Below the pieces are notes generated by a model. That model saw only the letters and a program-made list of their open reading frames with translations, did no database searches and was not told the origin of the DNA. A stretch of 64,000 nt of DNA, taken from positions 5,909,245 to 5,973,244 of the forward strand of contig MU058824.1 of NCBI GenBank assembly GCA_013265495.1, in the 5' to 3' direction. Shown in pieces: positions 38,100 through 51,044 of the stretch. Each line of letters starts with the position of its first letter. The stretch's first letter is position 1. Both the position numbers and the translations under genes were made by a program. The stretch is from Vicugna vicugna (taxonomy: Eukaryota).

Positions 38100-39525
38100 A
38101 TTTGGAGGCTGGAAAAGAGCTGGCTGAGTGGTAACTAAAAAGACCTGAGAAAGAGCATTCCTATGCCATCAATGCAGGAAGCCAAGATCCTTAGTAAGTC
38201 CAGTAACTGGCAACATCATCTCAAATGGGGTGAGGAGTATGGATGGGCTAGTAAAAGGAAAACTAGCTTAAAGCTGTTGAAGAAAGTTGTCTCTCCAGCC
38301 CCAACCCATCACCATTCTATACCATCCTACCCTGAAGAAAACAGATTTACTTTCTGGAAAGGATAAAATAGGGAGTCTCTAAACAGGGAGGAACCAAAGT
38401 ATGCGTTATTAAAAATGGGAAATACTTACATACTCTGGTTTGCTTCCTCCATTCAGCTTCCAAATGTTGACTGTTGGGGCTTCACCCTCCAGGCAGGAGA
38501 TTGCAAGAGTCTCTTCTGGAGAAACTGTTTAGCCAATGAGAAAAGACAAAAAGATACTGAAATCAAGAGTTCTCCCACACCAACTGAGCCAGATCACCCT
38601 GCAATGATACTACTGTCAATTTATCCCACTCACGTGCTCAGGGCTTCCAATAAGTTATATTCCCCTACTCTTAAATATGAGCAGACATCCAGGACTATTA
38701 AATATTCTAGGGAAATAAACAGAAAAAAATTACAACTTGGAGAAAACAGATTATGCAAAAAGAAGAAAGTGTCAAAAAATTGTCTTTAGTGTCCTCAGAG
38801 TAATAAGAGAGGCTAAAGCAACCTTGAAACAAGAGCAGGGGATCCAACATAGATGAGCAGCAAAGAGAATCCCCAAGATGGTGGCAAATGAGAATCTGAA
38901 AGTAACAGCTGTGCACCAGGTATGGAGGGCAACTTGTGCAGACTGAAGGAGGTCAGAATGTTCTGGGAGAGATCACTGCAGAAGATGAAATTGTTAGGAC
39001 AGCAGATGTGAACGAAAGTATTGAGAGGCAATTTAGGCAACTGGCACCATGTTCAGGATTGGCTTCTATAAAGTATATAGAAAAATAAGCAAAGGAAAAA
39101 GGGAAATTATTATATACAGGAGGAAAAAAAACAGGTGCACAGTTAAGGAAAATGATCATAGTTTACTACATGAGTCAGATCTAAATTATATAATAATAAT
39201 GCACATACTAAATTTACCAACCTAAACTAGAATTTTACCGTATTGGCACCATAAGAATTTACCATTGATATCATAAATATTAGAGCATAGGGTGCAGAAG
39301 GGAAAGCCAAATTCTTACCTTCCTTACTGGGATGTCAACAAATACTGCCTAAAATACAAACATCAAAAGAATAAGGCAAAAGAGAGGAAAGTGATTGCCT
39401 CTAGGTAGGGAGAATTAGGAAAAGGAGAGCAGAGACTGTAATTGGCCTTAACATACCCGGTAGAAGTAGCTGATCTTTTCAAGTAAGTATATGTATATTT
39501 GATAAAAATGAAAATTGTCTTTAAA
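38100..39525 (+). mobile_element. HAL1-like element, degraded
   Basis: ATATGAGCAGACATCCAGGACTATTAAATATT; GAATCCCCAAGATGGTGGC...AACAGCTGTGCACCAGG; TTGAGAGGCAATTTAG; L1ME-like tail GTGATTGCCTCTAGG. Confidence 0.65.
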
Positions 39526-40953
39526 CAGAAAATGAGTAGGAGCTCAGTGAAATGTTAAGGGAGGAAGGACATTACTAACAGAGGGGTGTCATATGGAAAA
39601 AGGCTGCAAAGTAGACACCCACAGCTTTGTAGAGTAGGGGACTACAAGCAGAAGCATGTTGCTAAAATATCAAGACTGACTTATTGGAAGGTCTCTACAT
39701 CTCTTCTTCTTTGAGATTTCTACTTCTTCATCTGTCAGGTAGGTGTTGGAAAGTGAAGAAGTGCCAAGGGTGTTAACAATCTGGGACACACAGTGCTTCC
39801 CTAGCACACCTTGAACCAAACTGAACTATTCAACCTGTAAGATATGTCTAGTGTTTCAAATGAAGCACAAGATTTACAAAACTACTTACTGCAAGAGTTA
39901 TGGAGAATCTTGCTCAGAGCAAGCACCTCCAGAACTAAGCAAGCCAGAGTGAGCCCCCAGATAGAAGAATGTGAGTATGTGGCAATGCTGGTCTTGCTAA
40001 GTTTTGGCCAAAGCCAGCACACTCAGCATACTCAGGCTGGTGGAGATGAATGAGAAGGACAAGGAGCTCCTCTAGAGCCTCGGAACTCTAGTGCTTTTGC
40101 TGGTCACTTGGAAGGAGGCTTCCAAGGGTCAAGAGGGGATTGAATTAAGACAAAAACTGCTGAAGTTAAGATAAAATAAGAGCAGCGTTTGTACCTTTCT
40201 TCTGAATATTAAATAATCCATGTTGTGAAAGGAAAAAAAAAAACATCAGTCATTATAAGGTAAAAGGAAAAAGTCTGGTTTATAAAGGGGAAAACTGAAA
40301 CAAGTAATTAAAAAATTAAAGGATGAAAATTAAATAGTAAGCATAATTAGAACATTATAACCAAGAACTTTTTTTAATGTTTTGTAAGCACTATGTGTTT
40401 TTAAGAGGACAAACATCAAGGAAAAATTGTGTGTATTTATAATAATAACAGGGGAAATTAGAGACAATGAAAAAGGAAATAACAGAGACACTAAACAATT
40501 ACTTGCAGCTGTCTTTACAAATATAAAAGACTAGAGATTTCTCCCATTTGGGGATCAGATTTCTTTCACTGAAAGCATGAGAATTCGGAAGTGGGTAGAT
40601 AATAGCGGTACTGCTGATAAAGATAGAGTATCTTTCATCTGATAAATCCAGACAAGAAGCGTCAGAGGGAAATAGGAAAGAAAGAGCCAAGGTTTTAAAG
40701 AGATTCATTTCTGAATTTGTGTCATTTTCATAAAAAGCAAGGAGCTTAGATAGTGACTATAATACCTGCATGGAATTATCCTCTGCTTCGAGAAAGGCAA
40801 CAACCAAACAGGCAATTTAATTTTGGTAGAAGAAGAACATTTAGGAAAGATGCAATCAGAAAGGAAATAACATATATACTATGCCTTTTTGGTATATGAA
40901 ATGAGCTATTAGATTAGAATCTACTCCCAAGTTCCTATCTGAAAATGGTAAAA

Positions 40954-40977
40954 AACAACAACAACAACAACAACAAC
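40954..40977. repeat. (AAC)8 microsatellite
   Basis: Seen directly. Confidence 0.95.
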
Positions 40978-41669
40978 AAAAAAATCACAGTTATAACTGC
41001 AACTAAACAAAGATAAAGTGGTTATTCTTGGCCCTACCCCAAAGTTCTGAAGTTTCAGTTGGATTTATCTAAAATTTCTCTGATTTAATCATCTGAAAGG
41101 GATTGTTTTACCCGCAGTTGAATGCCGGAAGTAAAATTAAGCCACTTGAGGAAGCTTTGTTGAAATTTTAACATGCTCTTCCAAGTCTCACTGTCAACTA
41201 CAGTCTCTAAATTTCTTTCTTGTTAACAGCAACAATAAAGAATGTAAGTCAAACAAGTGTCCAGACTTTTTTTCTCTCAATGAAGATATAGAGAGAGAGT
41301 ACTCATTTCTTTGGGACTTTGTTTCCAGTCCTTATATGGATTCATTTTTTGTTTTAATCAGATTTCACTCTTTTTACCTTTTCCCATCCATCTATAAATG
41401 AGAGTAAGACTGGCTCACTACCCAGAAATTTTAGGAGGATAATTTTGTAAATTACATTGACTTTGCTATTTCCAGTTTGTGAAAGAAAATATTATTTATT
41501 TTAGATAATTTACATTACTTTTTATTTTTACTTTAAGTTTTAGAATTATAGCAAACTGACAAACTACCCTGTTAATTACTAAGGCTTGGAATGTATGAAA
41601 ATAACCAGTTTTACTATTCTTTCCTTTTAACTGCAAGTGTTAAAGTATTTGTATCAATGAAATGACAAT

Positions 41670-41734
41670 CTTCTCTCTGTCTCTCTGTCTCTCCGTCTCA
41701 CCCTCTCTCTATCTCTGTCACACACATACACACA
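41670..41734. repeat. Imperfect (CT)n-(CA)n microsatellite
   Basis: Seen directly. Confidence 0.85.
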
Positions 41735-41879
41735 CGATTTCCCAATTTAATAATTAAGACTAAATATTTAAATAGGAAATTCTTAGGCTTAAAATTTTAA
41801 TCTTATGATAAATATAAAACATAGCTATTCTATTAAAATGTTTGTTTCATTCCTGGGAAACCCAGTCTAGGAAAATGAT

Positions 41880-42510
41880 AAGAATTGTTGTGAATAGGAG
41901 TATACAAACTAACAGAATAGAGAATTCAGATATAAAACCAAATACATATGCAAAATTAATTTAAATGTGGTATTTTTTATCAATAGAGAAAAGCAGGATT
42001 ACCTATAAATGAGGTTAAAGCAACTGTAATGCTGTTTGGAAAATAAAAGCTGAATACTTCTTTTATTCTTTATACCAAAATTAATTCCAGCTATATTAAA
42101 GATTTAAATGGGAAAAAAATGAATCTTTAAACATTCACAGCAAAAGTAGAAATAAAATTACAATCATAGAATACGGAAGGTCTTCTGACCAGCAATATGA
42201 TTAAAAACACATAAAAGGAAAAGAATAATAAATTTAGCAGTATAAAAATTTTTAATTTCTATGAGGTAAAAACAAAAGATAATGGTAAAATAAGAAACAT
42301 TTTATAATATGTGTATGCTGTAAAAATATTTTCCTCAAACTTATATAATGTTAAATATAGAGATAATTTTCTTAACTTACAAAGAGCTTATACAAATATT
42401 TATTTTTTTTTAAAAAAGAGTAGCTCATTGGAAAAATGAGCAAAGGATGAGCACACAGAAGGAAATAAATGCAAATGAACAATGTTCATATGAAAAGAGT
42501 CTAAATCTTC
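41880..42510 (+). mobile_element. Ancient L1ME ORF2 3' fragment
   Basis: AACAGAATAGAGAATTCAGATATAAAACC; TATACCAAAATTAATTCCAG...TTAAAGATTTAAATG; GAAAAATGAGCAAAGGATG. Confidence 0.8.
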
Positions 42511-42511
42511 A

Positions 42512-43030
42512 GTTCCTTCCAACCCCTAGCAAACACTGATCTTTTATCGTCCCATAGTTTTGCCTTTTCCAGAATATCATATAGCTCAAATTATGCAGTA
42601 TGTAGCTTTTAAGATTGGTTCCTCCATGTCTTCTCATGGCTTGACAGATCATTTCTTTTTAGTGTTGAATAGTACTCCATTATCTGGATGCACCACAGTT
42701 TATTTATCCATTTACCTACTGGTAGACATCCTGGTTGCTTCCAAGTGTTGACAATTATGAATAAAGTTGCTATAAACCTCTGTGTGCAGGTTTTTGTGCG
42801 GACATAAGTTTTCAACTCATCTAGGTAAAAATCAAGGAGCGTGATTACTGGATCATATGATAAAAGTATGTTCAGTTTTGTCCAAAACTACTAAACTATC
42901 TTTCAAAGTGAGTGCACTATTTTGCATTCCTACCAGCAATGAGTGAGAGTTCCTGTTGCTCCCAATTTTGTCAGCATTTGGTATTGTCAGTATTTTGGAT
43001 TTTGGTCTTTCTAATTGGTATATAGTGGGG
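42512..43030 (-). mobile_element. L1MC/L1MB-type ORF2 end and 3' UTR fragment
   Basis: ORF 42609..42815 (-) KTYVRTKTCTQRFIATLFIIVNTWKQPGC...WINKLW is the L1 ORF2p C-terminus. Confidence 0.9.
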
Positions 43031-43539
43031 ATTTTACTTTTTATATCTATCATTCAGTATTATTTGAATCTTTTAATCATGGGCCTTTTTTGAATGCTAA
43101 CAAACATTATCTGGGAGAGAATGATGACCCATTTTTATGTTTGAAGGGATAAGCAGGTTTGATCTGGTCATCTTATGTAGAAAGGGATGGAGAGAATTAG
43201 AAAAAGCTCTCTCTCTCAGATCTTACCAAGCCACTGGGATTCAAGCCACATGAATACCACTATTCATGATAAAGAGAACAAGGAAAGAAATTAACATTTC
43301 TGGACATTTGCTATTTTCTGCACAATACCTTTACTTCTGGTATTATAGTACCACAGTCAAATAAAGTTAGGAAATCAGATTTACTCTGACTACTAGTATA
43401 TTAAAAACACTGAGAAATCTTACAGTATAGAAAACTGTTTAATTTCACTTGACATTGTTTCCCACAATTATTTGATAACAGAGTACTTTTTAAATTCATA
43501 ACCCTTATAAACATAAGGCAGAACATACTTGGTCTATCT

Positions 43540-43705
43540 CCTTTTATATATGTTATCTCATTTGATCCTAATAACAATTCTAGGGAAAATACCTTATTCT
43601 CTTCATTTTAAAAATAAGAAAATTGAGGTTTCAAATATTTAGGTAACCTTAACCAAGATCATTTTATTCATAGATGGATTCATACCTGAGTCTTCCCAAC
43701 TAGAG
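43540..43705 (-). mobile_element. MIR
   Basis: TATCTCATTTGATCCTAATAACAATTCTAGGG...CATTTTAAAAATAAGAAAATTGAGGTT. Confidence 0.75.
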
Positions 43706-44840
43706 TTCACACCAGCTGTTGCAGAGACCTATGAAAATCCACTCATCTCCACTCCATAATGGATTCCCTTATTCCACTTTAATATTTTCAGAAGAAGAAT
43801 ATTCTATATGTATAAAGTTGAAGCAATGACACTAGGGCAATAACCTAGGATTTGAGACTCCTTAAAGCCATAATTGGCAAACTATAAGATGACTACATGG
43901 GCTCAGCTGTAACAAGATGCAATATTGTGATTCTCTCTGATTCAAATTACCCTTCTTGCATATCATCTGGATTTATGATCTTGATAAACTTTTGAGGATT
44001 TGGCTATATCTAAGAAATTGGAATGAGCCATGTAATTCAGGTAGTCCCTGAATCATACCCAACCCAGGCCCAAGCAAGAGGTATCTGATACCTCCGTAGC
44101 AGATCACAAAGCAAAAAAAGGAGCAGAGAGGAAAGAAAACTCTGACCATTGCACTGAATGTCCTTGCTTGTGTGGGTTTTGGTCAAACAAAGCTCCAATT
44201 ATTTTTTCTGCATTAATTTCTTTTCCAGTAAAGTGCTTAAAGAATATACTTCCAGTTAAAGCTTTTAGGGTGGACCATTGCTCAAGCCATTTTCAACTTT
44301 ATTGAAGAAAGGATCTGAAAATATACTATGGGTAGAAATTCAGATACGGCTCTTGGGGAAAAGCATGATGACTTAATAGGTCTCCCTACCACCCACCTAA
44401 CTTCTGTGATTGAATTAATACAGAGGATAATGGGGGAGGAAGGATGGAAATGTGAGTTGCAACCACAATTTAAGCTATGTACAGTTACATCATGGCATCA
44501 GTTTTTCCACTCAAGCTGGTAAATGACTACACCCAGAGATATGTGAGCCCTTTCTGATGAGATATAAATCAATCCAAACAGTTATCCAATTCTCCCTTCC
44601 AATAAATTTAAACCATATCTTTCCTGTCCTTTTAGCCTTTGGTTCTCATTTCATTTCTGGCTTACTGTGGTCTAAGCTCAATTGTTAAGGGATTTGATCC
44701 AACTGTTGGCTCTGAAACTTGAAAAAAATTTTAAATAAACCTAAATTATGAAATCCTAAGATCTGATGGAGTGGGGTTTGCCACAGGATAAAGGACTGCA
44801 TATCTCACCTAACTGGATCATAGAAGAAGTTCAGAGAATA

Positions 44841-45371
44841 TGTTTATCAGTTAGCTATTAAAGCATACCAAAACACCCCTATGTGAAATGGCCTAAAACG
44901 TTATGTATTTTTGTTGCCCACAAGTATCTGGGAGGGCTAGCCTTTTGGCCTTCTTCTCAGTGTGGTTCTGCTTGTCTCAGCTGGGATCACTCATACATCT
45001 GCGGTCAGCCATGTATTGGAGAGACACTCTGCTGACCTTGGTTGGGCTCCCTCCCATACATAGGGGCTGACTGACTGTTTACTAATACAGGGTAGTCTCA
45101 GCGGGATATCTCATCTCTGCTCCATCTGGCCTCTTGTTCTCCTGCAAGCTAGTCCAGGCAGAGGCAGTGTCCAAATGAAAACAGAAGCAAACAGGTCTTT
45201 AAAGCCTAGACTCAGAACTGGCACACTACTACCTTAACTCAAATTCTACTGGACAAAGCAAGTCACAGGACAGCCCAGATTCAACATATGGGTGACTAAG
45301 ATAAGCTTCAGAGGGTGTTGAAACAGGGAGTGGTGAACAATTGGGGATGACTTTGCAAAAAATCTATAACA
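44841..45371 (-). mobile_element. MaLR solo LTR (MLT1 family)
   Basis: TGTTTATCAGTTAGCTATT...GGCCTAAAAC; CTCAGAACTGGCACACT...ATTCTACTGGACAAAGCAAGTCACAGGACAGCCCAGATTCAA; ends AATCTATAACA. Confidence 0.88.
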
Positions 45372-45609
45372 GTATTTAATATCTTTCCTTTTTAAGCTGA
45401 ATCTTAAGGCATTCTGGGCACATACAGAGAGGCATCCCAGAATCCAGGGCAAAGGTGGAGTGCCACTGTGCCTGTGTTCACCATCAGTAGAGTTCAAGAT
45501 CAGTGACTCCTCTTCAAATAATGTAAGCTACATTAAGTCAGGTAAAATCTCTGTCTCTCTCTGTCTCTGTCTTTCTCTGTCCCTCTCCTCTCTCCCTCTC
45601 TCTCCTTCA

Positions 45610-45697
45610 CACCCTACTATATTCCTATATTTCCAGCACATTAAACAATGCCTGGCTCAGATGCTCAATAAATATTTGTGAATGAATAAATGAGTGA
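45610..45697 (+). mobile_element. L2 3' tail
   Basis: CAATGCCTGGCTCAGATGCTCAATAAATATTTGTGAATGAATAAATGA. Confidence 0.85.
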
Positions 45698-46329
45698 AGG
45701 GAAGTGTTATGTAAGAGATTCTATTAACAGAGTCAGAAGGAGAAAGTGAACCAAACTGAACACGAGACTCAGGAAAGCAGTAATAAAGTGATGTAAAGCA
45801 GATAAGAGAAATCCACCCTAGAAAAGAAATTTCAGAACTGAATTAAATCAACAGTGGTGATGGTATTTTGAGGTTCCTGCTGCTGCCGGTTTGGCCATGC
45901 AGGGAATACTTAAACAGACCATAGCTCAGTAGACAGGAAGGAATGAATCTGCTACAGAAATCAAGTAGAGCAGGAAAAACAGGAGATTTTGCAGCTCACT
46001 GTCCTGGAAAGCAGTTGATTCCGGGTGACTGAGGATGAAGGGATAGGGTGACTGTCACTGGAGTGGATGTGGGGTTGGTTTTACTGGCTGGCCTGAGAAG
46101 TCTAGGAAGCCCCCAATGACACGGAGATATGTCAGTAAATGTCAGGATCCCTGCCACCAGGTAGGGTTTAGGGGCAGACTTGGGACAAACAACTGGGAAG
46201 AAAGAAAAGCTAAAATGACAAGAGATAGGCCCTGGGACTGGGCACAGCAAAAAGAGAAGCCAATAGCATCAACCAAGGGAGGGCCTAGGAGAAACAAATG
46301 GTTAGTGCATCAGGAATTCCCTGGCTCCT

Positions 46330-47200
46330 GGAGGCCACGCACATATTTGACTCCCTTGCCCTTTAGCAAGCAGAGAAGTGTTTTATCCCGTCAGTAAAAT
46401 CTGCATTGCTGAGATGACAGGACTCACTTTCTGCAGGGTGCATAACAACTTTCCGACATGTTGTCAGAATGTGTCAGGTCGAGTTACTGTGATTCTATTT
46501 CATGACGACGTGACACATGGCGCCACTGCTGGCAATTCAGACGTTTCCTGTCAATGCCTGCCACTCAGGAATGGATGTGTAATCAAACCAAGTCACCAGC
46601 TAGGCTTTTTGCATGAGAGTCGCTTGCAAGTTTTACTTTTAATACCTGAGGTTTTGTGTTACTGATATTAAATAAAAACTCTTTGCAATGAATTTTAAAT
46701 GAGATAAAAGCTCTCACCAGAGATTTGTTAAAAGCAGATGAACAGCTGTTCTCTTTTCCCCCCTTTTTAGTAGAAGGGTTTTAAATTATATATTAACCAA
46801 AAAGGTAAACAGAATAAAATGGGCAATTAAATATTAATGGAAGATGTAGTGGAATTGTCCTGTGCTGCACTTAAAACAGGCTGAATGATTGAGCTGTGAA
46901 TTGCTCTCCCCGAGGTATTGAAATATTCATCAGCGCTATTTAATAAATGTTCATATTCGTAGGCACTCATGTTTACACTACAGCACTTGCAAGAGAGTGC
47001 TTACTAAAGAAAACATGCTAATGGAAGGTGAACTTTCCTGTACAGTGAGTCACCTTAAATTATACAGAGTGTGCCGCTGAGGAGACAGGGAAATCTCTCC
47101 TCTGACAAATGAGAAGCTTGCATAAGAGAGGAGCGTCTTTTGTTAAGAGAATGGCTGAGGATGGCATAGAGGCGATGTGGCACCAAGACTATTTTGAGGT
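46330..47200. promoter_or_regulatory. Candidate conserved non-coding regulatory element
   Basis: No recognisable repeat; 9 CpGs in 46338-46622; multiple TGACA/TGTCA; TGACG half-CRE; CTCF-like 18-mer; TGTTTAC FOX site near 46970. Function is inferred only. Confidence 0.45.
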
Positions 47201-47884
47201 TTTTAAAAATTTATCTGGTTTGCATTTTAAAAATGTTTAACCTTTCCTGCCTGAAGCAGAGCTTCATTCCTAGCTATTACTGTAAACTGACTACCTTATG
47301 GGAAGGAATGCAAGAGATAGCAAAAAGAGACTACCGTGGAAAACCTTTAAACCACCGAGGTGCAAGCATCCCAGCCGACAGTGGAGATGGACAGAAAGAC
47401 ACACACAGCTTTTATGGACTGAAGCAGACACTGCCTCCTGCCACTTCCTTTCTGTGACATTTATTTAGTCTTTCTTTCCTAGGAACTGCAGATACTGTAT
47501 CACTTCAAGAGAGGAATTTGATTGTTCTCATAAGTTAAACAGAATCAAGGCCAATCAATACCTTGGAATTGGCTGATTTCTAGGGAAGATATTAAGATTT
47601 ACTACAGCAGTGGAAGAAAGGGACTGTAGCTATGGCTGCTGGATTTCTGATGAGTGGGATGCCTACAAGGAACATGCCCAATCAACTTAGACACCTATTT
47701 ACTGAAAAACACACATTCACACAAATTCAGCAACATCACACACATGTGCTGGATCAGGGTCAATTGGAGGCTTCCTTTCTGATAGCCCTTCATCACCCTT
47801 TATGGTTAACCAGAAAAATAAATTTATTCAGTGCAAAAATGGGATCTTAGTTCCAAGGGTAACAAAAATAGCCATACAGAGTAC

Positions 47885-48255
47885 TGTAGATTGATCTCAA
47901 TATTTCACTCTCCTGTAACAGCTTCATACTTCCATACCTATGTCATGGCTTCACATAGGTAGAATATACCTTTTACCCCTTGACTGGAGCCTTGGCCATG
48001 TAATCTGCTTTGGCTAATGGGTTGGACATGGCATGGAAAAAAGCTCAAAATGTTCACGAACACTGGGCTTGCTCTCTTGTGCCCTGGCCTTTTGCCATGA
48101 GAAGAAAATGCCTCTGGTAGCTGCTAGTCCAAGGAAGATGGGACACTGTGGCATCAAGCCCAACTGTATTCATCTACGTCAGGTGAACTGTAACTGATCT
48201 GCAGAGGCATGAGCAAGATGCTCACTTAGTTTGGGGTTTGTTACATAGCAGTACT
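47885..48255 (+). mobile_element. MaLR solo LTR (MLT1I/J-like)
   Basis: CCTTGGCCATGTAATCTGCTTTGGCTAATGG; TGGGCTTGCTCTCTTG...TGCCATGAGAAGAA; TTTGGGGTTTGTTACATAGCA. Confidence 0.85.
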
Positions 48256-48309
48256 ACGGCATTGTCAAGGTCAGAGAGGATCATTCCAGGGCATCTGTAG
48301 ACCTATTAA

Positions 48310-48700
48310 TGGTTGTCCATTGGTTATAAATATTTCAGAATGATCCTCTATAACCTTGAAAATATATCCCCAATTAGCCTGCCATCTGTATAACTCTAGA
48401 CTTTTCTCCTCAGTTTCTATCCTAGATTATGGCATTCCCACATAATTTTTATTTTACTTTCCTGGCTTGCCTTTTATGTTGCTCCTTTTGCCTAGCATGC
48501 TCTTCTCTCTGATTCATTGTCTAGCATCCCCCAAGTTCCAACGTAATCACAAGTCACCTCACCCTCTGGAATGCCACAGACTTTAAAGGACCATTTATCC
48601 CATTCCATTATAAACATTTATTACCCAATGCACATACTAAGGGTTTTTTTAAAGCAGCAGCAGAAGGGCTAGTACATGGTAGGTACTCAATGAGTGACTA
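48310..48700 (+). mobile_element. L2 3' portion, degraded
   Basis: GCTCCTTTTGCCTAGCATGCTCTT; GTCACCTC...; GTACATGGTAGGTACTCAATGA. Confidence 0.6.
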
Positions 48701-50269
48701 ACCTTAAATACTACAGCCAGGCAAGACTTAAACTAATTCTTTTTGAACAGCAGATGATTCCTATTTCTATGAATTAAAGAAAACACTACCACTACTACCA
48801 GGAGGAAACCCAGGTTATATTTAACAGTAATGGTTTAGTAAGAAGTACTAAATTACATCCAAGCATTTATTTCCTTAAGAGTTTCCTCTAAAATTCTTCT
48901 TAAATGTATTTTTTAAAACTAGAATTATATTTAGCTGCTTAAAAACCAGTTGTTTTTATAGAAAAGCAAAATTAAATTTAAAGTATGGACTATTTCCGTT
49001 GAGAAATTTCTAAGAATCTGACCATGAGACCACTGTTCAACTGATGCCAAATATATTTCAGTTATTAAGGAAGAATATCACGAGTGTAAATCTATAAAGT
49101 AACAGTAAACAGCATAGTCACATATAAGAATTTAACCTCTGAACTTGATATAATGAACACAAAGCCACCAATCAACACAGAAGAATGGTTCCTCCAATTA
49201 AATTTTATTTGCTGATTTCCTCCTGATACATTTGTACAACACTTGTGTAAGGATCATTTTCAATGTTCTATAGATAAAACAACCATACGCTGAGTTTGAT
49301 AACTAACTGAACATCAGCTTAAGCTCTGATAGGAAATGAGGTAAAACTCTCAGGGCCAGTCATTTTACTGGTGGTTAAGCACCAAAGGCAAGATGATTAC
49401 ATTCCAGAGATGACATATTAAACTTTAAAAAGAAGCTATCACAGTCCATTTTGAGCCTATTTGAGTTTTTGCTGAAACAATGGAAGGATAAGGCAAAGGA
49501 CAAGAGAAGGGATAACAGAAAGAGGAAACAAGATTGTGGGACCTTCCACCCCTTCCTCCACAGCATGACTGCCTCCCCTAAATGCACTATATGTGTCCTT
49601 GAAATTTTATCCAATGTTTGAAACAGCTAGTCTGTCTTCCGTATCTCACCCTAGGACTTTGAACCAACCCAGAAATCTAAACACAAAATACCTGGCTCTA
49701 ATCTTCCACCAAGTCTAGGCTTGCAGAGAAGAGAAATTTATAGTCTTGTTCAACAGAAGAGGGTGACTTTGTTAGTACAAGAACTGTAATACAAACACAC
49801 TGAACAAAAGTATCGGTGTGAGTGTTATAAAGCATCCAGGAGGAAATTAGCTGTTTTAAACCATGGAACTAATGTGAATCATTGCTAATAGCTGCTTATT
49901 TATCACCAGCATAAAAAGATAATTTGGCTAAGCTAATGAAGTAATTCCAGCTTTTAACTGAATGCTAGTTATTAATTGAATGTTACTTTGGGAAAAAAAG
50001 GGGGGGGAGGGAAACTACATGAAGGAGTGAGTGTAACCAGTTTCCACCCAATTACATCAATATTTTCTTGATGCTGCTTCATAATATTCCAGTTGCATAA
50101 CTTTGGGGATATCAAACTGCTTAAGAAAGTTCCCATGGTGAGACAATTTACATTTATCACTTTCATAAGAACAATGTAAAATGGCTTGAGCAGAAGATGT
50201 GCGTGTGCATGTAGGTGGTGTGTGTTTTCCTTTGTTTTTCCCTTCCATCTCATTGCAGGTGAGAAAACA

Positions 50270-50420
50270 TGCTCAATAGTAAAGAATAGATGTTGGACCC
50301 AGCAAAACCTGATATTTAATCCCAGCTAATACTTTCTGTGATGTGATCTTAAATTATCATTTAACTTTCTAAGCCTTAATTTCTACCTTCTCTAATGGGA
50401 TAATAATAAACAATAAAGTG
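50270..50420 (+). mobile_element. MIR
   Basis: AATAGTAAAGAATAGATGTTGG...TTTAACTTTCTAAGCCTTAATTTCT...TAATGGGATAATAAT. Confidence 0.7.
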
Positions 50421-51044
50421 TTTTATGGTTTTTTCAATACATTCCTCCAAGTCAGCTATGCAGAAACAGACTTTCATTCAGTGTACTGACTCCCTTAATG
50501 AAACTGTGGCAGATTTCACAATTTTTCAGTGAATTTTGATTATTAGAAAAATCTTATTACTTATTTCAGTGTTGGAAGATACCATCCTGTTCAGTATTAA
50601 ATTTCAATCTCATATTTGATTCAAATTTCTCTCTGCCTCCAGGGTAGGACTGACTATGACTCTAGTAGACTGAAGTTGAGTGGAGGATAGTCAGCTCTTT
50701 GTCTGTCCCACCCATCCATCCAACCTCCTTCACTTTCCCCCTTCCCTGTGTTGATGTCTCAGGAGTTAGGCAAGGGTGAGACAAAGAGGAAAAATAAAGG
50801 TTTCCTTCTTGGCTGGTCAGGATTATATTCCTCTCCTTGGCTGTAATGAGTGCTGATCAGGTTTGCTTATGTACTCTTTGGAATGGAAATAGCCCTACAA
50901 AGTCCCCCTAATAAGAAGCACACTCCACATCATGCCATATCTCCCAGATAGGCATTCCACTGAGCCTCCATATGCTGTGGCAAGACTGTGGCATCCAATC
51001 TCATTTACCCTCCTTGGCCAACTCTTGGGTCTGAGTTCTCACAA

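Noticed and set aside
41103..41170. Acceptor-like TTGTTTTACCCGCAG followed by LNAGSKIKPLEEALLKF*
   Set aside because: All frames close within ~55 nt, no partner exon is visible, and the peptide is not recognised.
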